DNA of 64,000 nucleotides from Diadema antillarum (Eukaryota): NCBI RefSeq assembly GCF_040938485.1, contig NW_027271249.1, positions 744,001 to 808,000 of the forward strand, read 5' to 3'. Shown piece by piece: positions 35,247 to 49,205 of this stretch (position 1 is its first letter; each line of letters starts with the position of its first letter). The notes under the pieces were generated by a model. It saw only the letters and a program-made list of their open reading frames with translations, ran no database searches and was not told where the DNA came from. The position numbers and the translations under genes were made by a program.

Positions 35247-37954
35247 TAACGTGGATTTCAAAATCAATTCTTCGGTCGATTAACAGGAAAAATCGATTAT
35301 ATTATAGATACAAATTGGAAAAAACTGAGCGATCAAAACATAAATACACTTTATATAAAAATACCCTAACTATGATTTTACGTTCCGAAAAGAAAAAATA
35401 TTATTTTAAGCAACTGCAAAGATATAAGTTTGATATGAAAAACACTTGGAATGTTTTAAAGCAAGCTATGAATGTTTCGAGTAAACATTCAGCTATTGAT
35501 AATATTAAGTTGAATGATGAAATCATCAGTGACCCTGTTCACATTGCAAATGTGTTCAATTCTTATTTTTCAAAGATAGGTGAAAATTACGCCCAAAATA
35601 TCCCTGCGTCAGAGCATCACTTTACTGAATACCTAGATCAGTGCAATCCCAATTCTGTTTATTTTACTCCAACCAATAGGCATGAGATTATGGATATTGT
35701 ATCTTCCTTTAAGAACAAGAGGAGTTCTGGTTATGATGACATAGATAATTGTATTCTTAAAGGTGTTATATCTTCAGTTGCTGATCCACTTGTTCATATT
35801 TTCAATTTATCAATTTCTAATGGTGTGTTTCCTGATAAGATGAAACTGGCCAAAGTAATTCCATTATTTAAGAAGGGTGACAAATATGAAGTCAGTAATT
35901 ATCGTCCAATTTCATTGTTATCATCGTTGTCCAAAGTTTTAGAGAAACTCATTTATAAGAGAACTATTAATTTTTTAAAGTTGCATAATATTTTGACTAA
36001 TTCTCAATTTGGTTTTCGAGAGAAGCATAATACCACTCATGCTCTTTTATACTTTGTTGATCAAGTGGCTCATGCAATTGATAATCACTCTCATTTAATT
36101 ACTATTTTCTTGGACTTCTCCAAGGCCTTCGACACAGTTGATCATGATATTCTACTCCACAAGTTATCACATTACGGAATACGTGGGAAGGCCTTGGAGT
36201 GGTTCAAGAGTTATTTAGGAAATAGAAGACAATTTGTTACAATTAAAGACAATTTTTCAGTAATAAGAGAAGTGAATTTTGGCGTTCCACAAGGAAGTTT
36301 ATTAGGGCCACTATTATTTATTATTTATATCAATGATTTTTGCCAGGCATCCGATGTACTATCCTTTATCCATTTTGCTGACGATACCAGTGTATTTTTT
36401 GCCCACAATGATGTCAATTTTCTTGTTCAAAAAGTCAATAATGAATTACAAAAAGTGAATAATTGGGTAAGAGCCAATAAATTATCATTGAATACCCAAA
36501 AAACGAAATATATGATTTTTAGTAATACTGTTGACATTTTGAGTACAGCTATAGTTTTGAATGATTTTCATTTAGAACAAGTTTCACATTTTAAATTCCT
36601 TGGAATTATTGTTGACGACAAACTTTCCTGGAAGTTACATATTGATTATATATCCAACATAATCTCACGTAATATAGGTGTTATAAATAGAATGAAATTG
36701 TATATCCCACAAAAATCATTACTTATGTTATATTCGTCACTGATATTGCCATATCTTAATTATGGTGTTTTAGTTTGGGGCAACACTCACCAGAACCTAC
36801 TGGATAGAGTGTTCCTTCTACAAAAGAAAGCTCTCCGTGTCATCAGTTATCCTTTCATACCCTCCCACTCAAATATATTATTTGCCGCAAATAAGCTGCT
36901 AAAAATTAAAGATTTGTATTTATTTAATTTGGGGCAATTTATGTATACGTACAGCAACAACTCACTCCCCTCCATTTTCGATTCTATGTTTCAAAGAAAT
37001 CAATCATTCCATGACTATCCCACTCGACGTTCCAATGAATTTCACTTACCTCTCTTACGAACGATTCTTGCTAAGAACACACTTATTTATACTGGCCCAA
37101 CATATTGGAATTTTCTGAATAATGACATAAGAAATTCACCTTCTATATTTTCATTTAAAAGGAGATTAAAGTTGTTTCTATTGCAATGTTATGTTCCTAC
37201 AGAAGTGAATCAGCCTGTTGGCTCATTTTAATTTTTTCCGAAGAATTATGATTACCAATAATATACTCTCACATATTCTCTCGTCCTTGTTGTCCTGAGA
37301 CTCTTACTGAGTAGATTCAATTCTACTTGTAGTACCTCCGCATCTATTTCTCTCTATTTTTCCATATTTATGTATCCCTTCCTCGCATCCCAATATTTTT
37401 TCGACATAGTTCTGTCGAGGATCGCTGGATCAGTTTTTCCTTTCTGTCCGCTGTATTGTCTTCCTATATGTCAACCTTGTCTCGTTCTGTCTTGCATTGA
37501 AGTCCCCTTTCATAAGTTTTGTCGTCTCAGTCTCGTTTAATGTTCATTCGCCTGTGTATGTGTGTCTGTCCGTTACTCTGTCTTCTTATTGGGCTTCCAG
37601 ACCTTTTTTTTAATCTGACTTTATTCCCGATCTTTTTTCCCCTTTTTGCATCTGTTCGTTTTCTACTGACATTCTGTACCTGAGGGGCCCACATTCTACA
37701 AGCATTGCCTTTTTAGTGGGTCCCTCCATTTTTCGATATTTTGTGTAATGTTATATCGTCTATATCACTTCAGTCAATTTTCATTACAACATTATTTGTT
37801 ACTTCAAGGTTCCACAATTATGTTCTCTTTTCAATTTTACTTTGTTTTGATTATGTAACCTTATTCTCTGTTACCAATGAAAGTGAAATGTTTATGTTTT
37901 TTTCGAAAAATGAAATAAAATTTGAATTGAAATTGAAATTGAAAATTGAATTGA
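35247..37954 (+). mobile_element. 5'-truncated CR1/L2-group LINE (RT only) with 3' UTR and (AATTG)n tail
   Basis: Open frame to 37231 with LDFSKAFDTV, GVPQGSLLGPLLF and FADD. Begins at WISKSILRSI, so the endonuclease is missing. Tail at ~37915-37954. No TSD; about 8 bp of the target repeat is missing. Confidence 0.9.
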
Positions 37955-40900
37955 AAAAACATGCATCAAATTGCACCATTTACAACATCAAAATGCAAAA
38001 AGTTCTTACCGTGGGAGGGGGGACACCCCCCTCCCACACCCTCCCCCCTCACTCGCTCCGCTCGCTCAGGCTTGGTCGCTTCGCTCCCTCGCAGACTAAC
38101 CGCCCCCCCCCCCTAAGATGAAATCCTGGCTACGCCTTCGGAAGTAACTAAGTATTAACACCTTCACTCCAGCAAATCTCACGTATCTAAGCCGGGCTTG
38201 AACCCAGAATATTTTTCTCTGATGGCCCTTTCTGGTCACTAAAATCTTTAAATTTGAAAAAAAATGTTGGTAACCCCCCCCCCCCCCAAAAAAAAAAAAA
38301 GAAACAAAGAAAATGGAAATGTAGTAGCCCGAAATGAAATAAATTATAAAATTTTATTTTGAATTTTAGGTGATCTTTCTGGCCACCAAAATGAATTTCA
38401 AGTAGCCCCCGGGCCATCGAGTTACCGCTGATGTTGAGCCCTACCTCAACCTTTTTAGGCAAAACGCAAATAGTATTAGCGCAAACTTTCAAGCATACTC
38501 CCACACACACAACGAACAACACAAAACTCTTAACTATGATAAGTCATATCAGATATGACCCTAACTTTAAAGAGATGGTATAGTATTGGTTGAAATGACG
38601 AATCAGCTTTCGACTTTTTGCGAGATACTCAGAACCCATTTAATTAAAATGTTCAAGAGCATGGTCAAAGTTTATTTGATGAAAGTCGGTTTTGAACTGA
38701 GATATTCCAATACAAAGTAAAGCAAAATGACCCTACATAATAAAAGGTGGGTCCCACCTATTATTACGACCACTATGTTTTGGATATCTCAGCCATTAAA
38801 AAAGTAACAAATAAAAACATTTTCTATCTAATAAACTTTGAATTCCTTTTAGAATTATAGGCTCTTTCATATTTCATAGGACTTTTCTCATTATCTTAAA
38901 AAGTATTAACAAAAACATTGGAAACTTGAAGCACCATCTCAACCGAAACTCTACCAACCCTAATCATATAAACGAACGAATAGACAAACAAGCCTTAGAA
39001 ACTCGTCGAGCACTGATCATCAGATTGGAATTTTCTGCTGATATTGTAATTTTCATTTCAGACAAAATGTCAAATATATTCAGCCGAATCGACTTTGTGT
39101 CTGTCAGTTATTTCTCCTCGAATATAAGCATCTGCGTGTTTATCAAAGTACTGCATGTGGTAATATATCATATCCGTGTCCGCACATGTCTGTGCGTTTG
39201 TGTAAACGTTTATTAGCAAAAAAAAAAGTCCGAAATGTTGTAAGATGGGGAGATGAACGTCGGAGGAGAAATCTCGATGCAAACAATAAATAAGATTATA
39301 TAAGTTATTCCGAAGATTCGTTAATCCGAAGATGAAATAGGGTTTTGTTATTATAAAGGTTCGTTCATTCGAAAATAAAACAAGGTTCGTTATTCCGCAG
39401 GATCGTTATCCGAATGAGAAAGAAAGAATATGGCTTATACTCCGAATTTCCGAATAAACGTTCGTTAATCAAAAAATGAAGTAAGGTTCGTTATTCTGAA
39501 GGTTCGATAATTGTATCTACCTCATCTATGGCTTGATCATCCTGATGATGAAAGATGAGGGGAAAGGGTGCACACTAGAAAATAAAGGTTTAAATTTGCA
39601 CCCTATTATTTTGTCCCTATACCAGCACCCTGGGGTGCACATTTGTACCTTTTATTATGCAAGTAGAGAATTAAATCTCTTGATATTCATATTCGTACCT
39701 GCAAAGATGCGGACATATCCATTAGAGTGTAAGTTTGATCTTACGAATAAAACCTTGGTACCCGTGGTCCAAATGTTTAATTTACAATGTATTCATGTTT
39801 ATGGTGCATGTTGGCACCCTTCATTAGTACAAAACTGAGGTTGGAAATTTGCACCCCTGCAGGTTCAAAATTGAGCGTGTTGCACCTATAACGGTGCCAA
39901 TTGCTTACTAAGGTGCATAGTTGTACCCATTAGGGTGGTTGTATTTATAGGGACAATTTGGGTGTTCAAATTTGAGCCGTATTTCTTAGTTTGTGGCTTA
40001 TACGAGGAGGAGAAGGTGAAAATACTTTTTTTTTTCGTGTATAACACCATTTTATTCCTTCCCGTCAATAAGTATGTGTATCAGGAGTGACCAGCTGACT
40101 TGTATTTACCCATGAAATACGGTAAGTTCAAAATAGTTCATAAAACCATTTTATAATAGAAATAATGCACAGGTTTAAGCTCGGGACGTTAGTGGAGATG
40201 CAGCTCATTTTCGGGTATTCACAGTGTTGTGCAACATGCACTAGGCCGCGCTTCGTGCATTATACACCATTTTAATACCATCGAGTGCGCTGCATCTTCA
40301 CTAAGGATCCCTCATCTGTGATTTGTATGAAATTCTACCTTTAACAACACCGCATTCTTTCACTAAATAAAGTTTATTAATTTTCGGCGTCACGAACCTT
40401 GTTTTGATTACTGAATTAGAACGTTAGGTTTTAAAGAACTTTCGGAATAACGAACATTCAGCACAACGAGTATCATTTCATTTTCGGATTAAAAACAACC
40501 AGACAAACTGAAACCCAATTTTCCACCTCAAACGTTGCAACCAGCACGCAATCTTCCAACGAAGCCCGACAACGTTTGAACGTTTGCATTCATTTCAAAT
40601 TTTTCACGGACTGCACAGGTTTTAAGGACGATATTTTGTGTGCAATCTTTCGCCCGTTGCTATCACGCAAGTGGAAATGAATTTGTATTTCTCTGGCCAT
40701 TGCGGGCACTTGGTCACAACCATCACACAAGAAGAATTATAATATCGTATCAGGGCAATAACCCCCGCCCAGGCACTTACCCCCTGCTAAATTCTGGTTA
40801 GCGATAAGGTTAGAGTAAAGATTAGGGTAAGGTCTTAGGTTAGAGTTTGGGTTAGATTTAGGATAAGGGTTAGGAGAAGGGTCAGGGAAAGGTCCGGGGT

Positions 40901-43021
40901 AATTGCCTAGGGGTTATTTGCCCCAGACCAGTCTATTATGTGTGTTTTGTTTTTGTTTTTGTTTATGTTTTTTTTTGGGGGGGGGGTGTTTTTTGTCGAA
41001 AAAAATGGAATAGAAATTGAATTGAATTGAATTGAATTGAATTGAATGGAATTGAATTGAAATAATATTCCGCTGCCGCCGTATTTTTTGACCAAATCTA
41101 TTCAAATTCGGGAAAGTTTGGGGATAGCAGTTGCATGCAACTTTTGGTAGTTTCATAGCGCCATCTCTTGTTCCGTTTATTCATGATTTCCCAGGGGTTC
41201 CCTGTCAGCAATCGACTTTCCACATTTTGTGACGGATTTCGTTCATGTTTTGTACATTGATTGCAAGCCAGATCTTGCTAGGCAATGACCTATCCTTGTT
41301 TTCGTTATGCTGCCCCCAATGTTCAGCCTTTTATATGAATACCATCTACATTTCTTGAGGTACTTCCGTCATGGTGAGACCCTAGGGCCCGAATTCACGA
41401 AGGAAGTACAATCTTGTCCATGGTATAAACCATGGACAAAGACCGTAGGTTTGTATGGGGCGCCAAGTGTCGCATGGCCTACTTCGTTACGAATTATTAG
41501 TCATTTCGTTACGAAATATTTCGTCTTATTTAACATAACCATTGCCAATGATACTGAAGGCTTTCTCACTGTACATGGTGTTTGCAAAAAAAAAAAAGTA
41601 AGCACAGGGTTGTAAACCCAATGTAATCAAAGCATGTCATGCAACTTCAATGCCATTCACGGTTCTAGTGATCAGTAAGTGTTAAATTAATTAATAGGGA
41701 TTATAATAGTGTGCGTGTGTAACTTACATCATTATTTTCTTTTATGCACGCTAATTCAATACGTCACCGATTTTTATTTATTTTTTTTTAAATGGCTGTT
41801 CATTATTCTACTTCTCTACGAAGAAAAAAAAAATTGTTGCAGCAACCCTCGAATTCTATCCAGTACGAAGGACAGCAAACCTTGCTTTCTTTTGCTGTTG
41901 GACGACGAAGGGTCAGAAAGACGCCAGATACTTTACAGTGGTAATTGCAAGACTTGTGCACAAAATGAAAAAGCTAACCATCATAGGGCAAATTATACCT
42001 TTCATCGTATTGGTTCCAAGTCCATACAAATATCATGCCAATTGTAAGTATATCGATGGGCATAGCGAGCACTCTTTGCATGCGTGTTATTAATAGCTTT
42101 TTTAATACATAGCGCCTTACCGGTCAGATAATGTATATGTCACACGGGCAGAATTCGGGGATGTTGTAGTTAAATATATCACATGATTATTCTCTCAATT
42201 TGTTATTATTGGTTATCATTATTATCATTATTATCATCATTATTACTATGATTATTCTCATTATCATTATTGTACTATATCATCATTATTACTATGATTA
42301 TTCTCATTATCATTATTGTACTATATCATCATTATTATTATCATCATTATCATCATCGTCATCATCATTGCTGTGTAGGCATTATGTTAATGTGGTTATT
42401 TCTTTCATAGTAACTCTGCCCTTATATTTGTGACAGGGGGTCATGTTGAAGGCTGTAGGCTCTCCAAGCAATCAGATTGCAGGCTTTTAAGTGCTCAAAG
42501 ACGATCCTGGCCAAAGTTGCTGGGTTGTCTAAAACCTCTTGACCTGTACACTTTACCATGTAACACAAGATCTCCACAAGCAATATCCGATTGACTTTCC
42601 AAACTAATTTAGATTAGAACAAGAGGTACTTGCAAGCCAGGCTCTGTACAGTTTCGTGGGCGATGGTTATGGTGTCATATTATCCTGTTGTTCAATGTCA
42701 ATTGTCTTTAGATTTTTCTTGATGGTAGCGCTCATCAAGTAATTACAAGGTCAACTTGTTTACACTTTGATATGCAGCGTCTGAATTAAGAGTGGTTGGG
42801 AGGGCCATGAAAAGAGGCCTGAAAAATAGACCAGCTGCCTCGTACAGCTCGGTTATCTGCAGCATTTCGCGGACATCCTCTAGCTGAGCAGCGAACAGAT
42901 TGGATTGGAAACAGAAGGGTTAATGAGGAAGTACGAAAGAAACTTGATACACAGCAGTATACGGTTTTGTCACCTCGGGAGAACGTTCTTCACACGTAAA
43001 AAAAGAGTAGACAGACACTCA

Positions 43022-43056
<35 letters not shown>

Positions 43057-43107
43057 AGGCATACATATGTACATGGCTAGGACGTGGTGATGGGGACAAT
43101 TTTGTAA

Positions 43108-43151
<44 letters not shown>

Positions 43152-44427
43152 GTGTGTGTGTATGATGTATGTGCGAACCTTTTTGAGTCGAGAAAACGAA
43201 GCTTAAATTAATTTGTATAGCTACCTGCAAAGTAAGTTTGTATATGCATGTATATGTAATTATATATAATCTATATTATCAAATAGCAATATGAAAGTGC
43301 TAATGAATTTTCACAGTGATATTCGTGCTTCTTCGTCGCTGATAGGAAGTAATAATGCATTCCTCAATTGTGACATTATTATTGTTATTTCTAGTTGGAC
43401 ACTGCCAATACGCGGAGCAGTTATTACAATAATTATATTATCATTTACGCTTTCTTTAAATGTGTATGTGTGTATGTGTGTGTGAGTGTGTGCCATAAAC
43501 ATATCTACCATAGATATCGATTGTAGCAAATTGCACCTTGAATCTCCTGATGATCGAACGAGGAAGAGCTAAATGTAAAAGAAGAGATGTGATGATCTTA
43601 TTGTCTGAACCATTCTTTTTGCATCTTCCGCCATCGTTCATTCGACGATCCTTTTTACATACACACATTATCTTTACAAGAATTATGCATTGACTGATAG
43701 AGAAATGACTGAATTTTCTATCAGCATGATCAATGACTAAATCTACATCAGAGCTCAATAGTTATCATCAGCGTCTTAACAATGCATAATTATCAAGAAT
43801 ACATACAAGTATATACACGCTTTGTTGAGTTATGAGAAGTTAATGTGCTTTATTGATACACTGAAATTTTTATAATGACAGTTCAGCATGAACGAGATTG
43901 GTATTCTAAAAACATTTGTCATTTTTCTTCAAGTTTATCTATATACTTGATGCTTTCCTTTTCTGTGATGCCTGTCAACCTATTGCTCGATTTTTTTCAA
44001 TGAATATTGCATGCTCTTCTGTAATTACTCTGAAACGTAGATCACTACGATTTGCGTAGATCCTTTTGATTTGGATATCAGTCTATTTTAGTTCTATCCC
44101 AGCACACTTAAGAAACAAAAACCCCTAAAAAAAGCGCAGAGAAACATGGTGAAATTAAACACGAGGAAATGATATTCGTATGTGTAACATAAACGCCAAC
44201 CTATACCTCAGGTAAGTTAATTGAACTTTTTCATTACTATACCCCTGGTCTTCCAAAATAAGTCTATGCGTTTGACCGTCAGACAAAATGTAATTTCAAG
44301 AAAGAAAATTTTTCAGTTACCCAATCTTGAAATAGAGCCCAACATAGGTGCCAAGACGGCATGACAACATAACGTGTGAACGTGTAATCAATGCACATGT
44401 GTTTGGATCCATAACTCTTTAAGTGGC

Positions 44428-47400
44428 CTACTCCGTGGGCAACTTGCACATGAAGTGGTTAACGAGAGCAGAATCGCAGGGCAAGTCGTTCCATCTCGGA
44501 TCGTTGCTCTCGAGCTGCATGTGGACGCAGTCCTCGACGCCGCCCCAGTTGTCGGGCTGGTTGGCTCTCCATGCAATGAAGTCAAGGGGCGTACCATCAG
44601 TCCACACCATGTTGCCCTCGCTGGCGACGTCACTCAGTCCCAGCCACAGCATAGCATTGCCCTGCAGTAAATACAACACTAGCCATGCTGTACTCTTCAA
44701 TAATTACCTGATTACGGTTTTATTATGAGTAGCAGTGGCGGATGGGGGGGGGGGGGTTACCGGGCGCTCACTTTTTTTTTGTCAAAACAAAAGCAATAAA
44801 AGGAAAAATGGATGGGAGCGCGTGCGCCCCTTCCCCCTTTATTTCTTAAAGCCCCCTCCCCCCTTTACGGAATTCCTTGATCAGCCCCTGAGTAGGTGAG
44901 GTGGTTATTGACGAGTATTTTTTTTCCAAAAAAAAAATCCCACTTCCTGAGTTGTTTTTTTTTTACACGCCATTGTTTTGTCCCTGAAAATTATTTTCTT
45001 TTATATTTTTCTTCTTCCTCGTGTCTTTGTGTCTATGTTGGAATCACAAAAAAATTGTGTAAATATTTTCATGAAAGAACATTTTGTTGCAGTGTAATTG
45101 TTGTAATTGTCATTTCTATTGAAAATTATTTTATTCATTTTGTGTCATTGTTGTGTTGCTTTGCCAGGGAAGAACATTTTGCAAAGATACGAAGTTTCGG
45201 CACTCAGTTGCGTTCACAAAGGAGCCTCTACACTTTTTTATCGCATTTAATGTCATAAAAAAGAATAATCCCCTTAAAAAAAAGTTAACGTCCCGTCCAA
45301 CACCATCCTTCGCACAAAATTAGAACAACATTGAATTAACGAACGTAAAGTGACAAATGAGGGAGTCTCCTCGAACCGCAAATATGGTATTTTGTTCTTG
45401 AACTTGTTTCATTAATTCTTAAATTACTAAATTAAAAGAATGAAATACAAATATTCTGTTTATTTAATCATCTTTGTGTCCTTACTCCCTATGTCACTTG
45501 AATTCTGAGTTGACGAAAAGTTCTAAATTTTCCCCTTTACATTCCCACTTTAATTTTCTTTCAGGTTATAGAGATATAGAAAGAACGGAAACGTATTTTT
45601 GCTATTTCATTCATATCTCATTGATGTCTCATCTCATTCATGCTATTATTATTCCCTTGATGGGCATTTCCAAATTAAAGACAACGTGATAATTTTGGCA
45701 ATTTTTACTTTTGTGCATTGGAGGATAAAAACAATGTGCTCAGTCATGCGTAAAGTTTCCGGTTATATTGACTTACTAGATTGATAGCCAATACCTTTAT
45801 TACGGTATAGAATACATTGGTTTTCATGAAAATCTTCTATAAGAAGTTTTTTTGAAAAATATAAAGTGTTTACTTTCTTTTTTACTGAGTATTTGTATCT
45901 CAACGAGAATGTATGAGTTACCTTTCTCTCCCCCCCCCCTCCTCATTTTTTTTTTATTCCGGAGATGTTCAATACTTTTTTTATCGACAGCGGGATCATT
46001 TTGCGTAAATAATTGCATTTTTCGTGAAGTCATCAACTTTACAAGTCGTTACTCACAAGAATTGCAATGTCTCATTCTACATGAATTATTTAATGTAGAA
46101 ATTCCCAAAATTTAAAAAGTACATTCTTTTTAATTTTTGGGGGGGGTAAGACTGCTCAGTTTTTTTTTCTTTGTACATTAAAAAAAAACACGAATACGGT
46201 TCTCATGCAGAACTGCATACGTTGCAAAAGTCTCTATAGATGGCAGTGGCATGTAATAGGAGGGAATACCCCTCTCTGCAAATTATTCCTGCTTGTAATG
46301 TACGTTCCTGCTATATTCTGTCGACATCTATCTTATCCCTTCTCAACGAAACAGACTTTTTTACATGTCCTAACAAGACTTAATAGGAATTGAAAATACT
46401 GAAAAAGACAAGTTATATTATAATTCATATGATATAATGTTTTCTATGTACAAATATGAATGTAAAAAAATGTCTTATATGTTTTAGATTTACATAGATA
46501 AACAAAATCATGACAAAGATTTCACTTAGTGCTATCATCTTTTTCGACATGCGCCTTGTTCCCCCCCCCCCACACTGAATTTCATTCATTTCATTTATTT
46601 CACTTCCAACAATGAGATACACTTACATACACAAAATAGCACAATATCAGAACAATGTAGTAAGGAAGAAAAGAACACATGAAATTAACATACAAAATAT
46701 GTGAAATATCCAAAACAACCATAGATTCTACAACTGATCAGAACAAAACAAAAATGAGCAAATATTAATTCCTCCAGCCTTGCTCTCAAATGATATCTAA
46801 TTGATTTCACGGACGAGAACACGTTTTTAGAGATCTGTACAGCTGTATTTCTTTTACCTCCTGTTGGGTAGCAGCCCTGTAATGGTTGAAGACAAACTCC
46901 TGCTCGGCATCCGAGTGAATCGATGCGAGATGACCGATATCCACACAGTTCCCTCCGTGAGACACGGTGAAAGTGTTACACCGTTCCTCGGCCGCTTGCC
47001 ATGAGAGCCTCTCTGCGACATGCCTTTAGAGATACAATTTGTATTTCATAAGTTTTACCGTTATCAAAATAACACCAGCATGAAAGAACCAGACAATCAT
47101 AAACACTGACGTCATAAATGATTTCAATTTGTCAGAGTCTGTCACCAATAGCTAGAAGTTCGAAGTTATGCAAGGCACATTAATCTAGCCGGATTTTTGA
47201 TACTTGGAAGCCTCTCGAGGTACAGCTGCCCTACTCAAACTTTTTATTCCAAAATTAAGATTTTAATATTCCTTTGCAGCCAAAACATATTCAAGTCAGA
47301 TATTATTTAAAGAGGGAAATCGAACTTTTTTATGCGTGTCTTTGTTTTTGTTTTTGTTTTTGTTTTTGGTGGGGTGGGGAGGGTGAGGTTATGTGGTTTC

Positions 47401-48739
47401 AACGGGCTATCGATTTTTTTAAACTTACATATACCAGAAGGTATCAAAAATCGACATGGATATCACGCTGCAGCCGTTCTTATCTATCATTTTGTTTTTC
47501 ACGCAAGAGTGACAAAGACGTCAGTTTTCATCACAGTTATACACACACAAATATTAGTAACCAGTTACTTATATTAGTTTTGTTAATTTTATATGTTTTT
47601 CGTATCTATACTCCACATGTAAACTCTTATCTTACTTTTTTATTTTTAAGAGAGACTTCCAGTATGTAAGCCTTTTTCTAAAGTGATTAGGCACTACCAG
47701 AAAAAGTATTTAATGAGTATGCAATGAGTCTGAACTATTGATAAAAAGTAAGAAAGATTCCAGTTAGTAATTTTGGGCACCCAGATTGATAATGTTGTTT
47801 TTGTCTTTGCTATATACTACAACCTAAGGTGAGGTAAACTGATTTAAAGTTAATTCCGACGAAATGTTATTATTTGTGTGAAAGTAGGGGATCATTGTTA
47901 TAAAAACAACAAACGAATAATAGAATTTATGGTTTTTAAGTTTGTTTAATTTCTACCATTATCCATAAATGTCATTAACCGCCTACAAATTTCTTGTGTG
48001 TTAGATCAAATGAATTGAAGTATCATTAGAAAAATGATGATCTAGATTCTTAACAATAATATCAATACTTTATTATTCTAGTTTTGTTACATCCCCAGGT
48101 AATATTTTTTTCGGTATTTCAAATACATAACTCTCAGATATCCCCGTCGGAAAATTGACCTGACATTGGTNNNNNNNNNNNNNNNNNNNNNNNNNNNNNN
48201 NNNNNNNNNNNNNNNNNNNNNNNNNNNNNNNNNNNNNNNNNNNNNNNNNNNNNNNNNNNNNNNNNNNNNNNNNNNNNNNNNNNNNNNNNNNNNNNNNNNN
48301 NNNNNNNNNNNNNNNTCCGTTGACCACCGAAAGAAGGGTAGATTTGCTATTATTTCTAACCGTCTGTGAAAGAAATTTCATTAAATTTTAAACTCCATTG
48401 CACGTTCAAATACAACTACTTGGGACGCATTCATTACTGAACTGGGAACATGTAGTTTGCTGTCTAGATCTGTAAATTCAAAATGACGTCCTTTCCAATA
48501 ATTGAGGACAGTCTTTGCATAATTCATAATAAAAGAAAATTATGGAAAAAGTAATAAAAAATATATAATATGAATATATGTACGGGAAGATAAGTTAAGA
48601 AACCAGAGTTATCCATTTAGACACCTATTTGATTTGTATTTGATTTATTTTTATTTTTATTTTTTTTCCATTTCTTTCACAAGTCCTTACAGATAAAATA
48701 CGACATCATGGTGCTTCAAAAAAATGGAAATGTATATAA

Positions 48740-48784
<45 letters not shown>

Positions 48785-49119
48785 CAACATGACAACAAAA
48801 AAGACATCAACAAACAACAAGCAAAAACATACCACAAAGAAGATGAAAATATATACATTTACAACATGACAACAGGGAAGAGATTAACAACCAACAAGAA
48901 AACACAAACCAAAATAAAAATTGATGAAGACAGACAAGTTTATATCATATAGCATTCTGATTGTCAACCTTTATGATATTCTACATCCTCCTTTCCCCAT
49001 TACCTGTAGCAGTAGTCCTCGAACTCTGTAAAGCCTTCGGGGCAGCAGGCGTTTGCTCCCTTTGGTCCGGCCAGCACGGCGGCGACAATTAGAGCGAAGA
49101 CAGCAACCGAGCCCTTCAT
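44428..49119 (-). CDS. Secreted C-type lectin, echinoidin-like, copy 1 (171 aa; exons 49119-49004, 47023-46858, 44661-44428)
   Basis: The spliced frame is continuous: MKGSVAVFALIVAAVLAGPKGANACCPEGFTEFEDYCYR-HVAERLSWQAAEERC...GHLASIHS...QQE-GNAMLWLGLSD...QPDNWGGVEDC...WNDLPC...FMCKLPTE. GT/AG boundaries with compatible phases (2, 0). Confidence 0.92.
45700..45891 (-). mobile_element. Single TIR of the Tc1-like family in lectin intron 2 (also ~58740-58939)
   Basis: Reverse complement of the 63805-64000 and 26594 termini (aaagtgtttactttctttttttactgagta). Confidence 0.65.
48171..48315. other. Assembly gap (145 N) in lectin 1 intron 1
   Basis: Run of N. Confidence 1.
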
Positions 49120-49198
49120 AGTGATTCTCGTGAATGCAGTAACACGAAAGATTCGTTCTGTTATAGCGGGTGTGGCGAAAGCATCAGAGGACCCATAC

Positions 49199-49205
49199 TT
49201 TTATA
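49199..49205 (-). promoter_or_regulatory. Candidate TATA box of lectin copy 1
   Basis: TATAAAA on the minus strand, ~80 nt upstream of the ATG at 49119. Confidence 0.45.

Larger units (their letters stand above)
33052..38140. mobile_element. Non-autonomous hAT-like element carrying tandem repeats and a nested LINE
   Basis: TIRs cactggcgtagccagg / cctggctacgccttcg. 8-bp TSD GAAGTAAC at 33044-33051 and 38141-38148; 8-bp TSDs are characteristic of hAT. Confidence 0.8.

Noticed and set aside
40790-40895. Interstitial telomere (TTAGGG-like)
   Set aside because: Highly degenerate and short; more consistent with the internal microsatellite of an interspersed repeat.
42430-43010. GC-richer stretch that might be decayed coding or TE sequence
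   Set aside because: All frames I read contain stops, and I could not identify a diagnostic motif.
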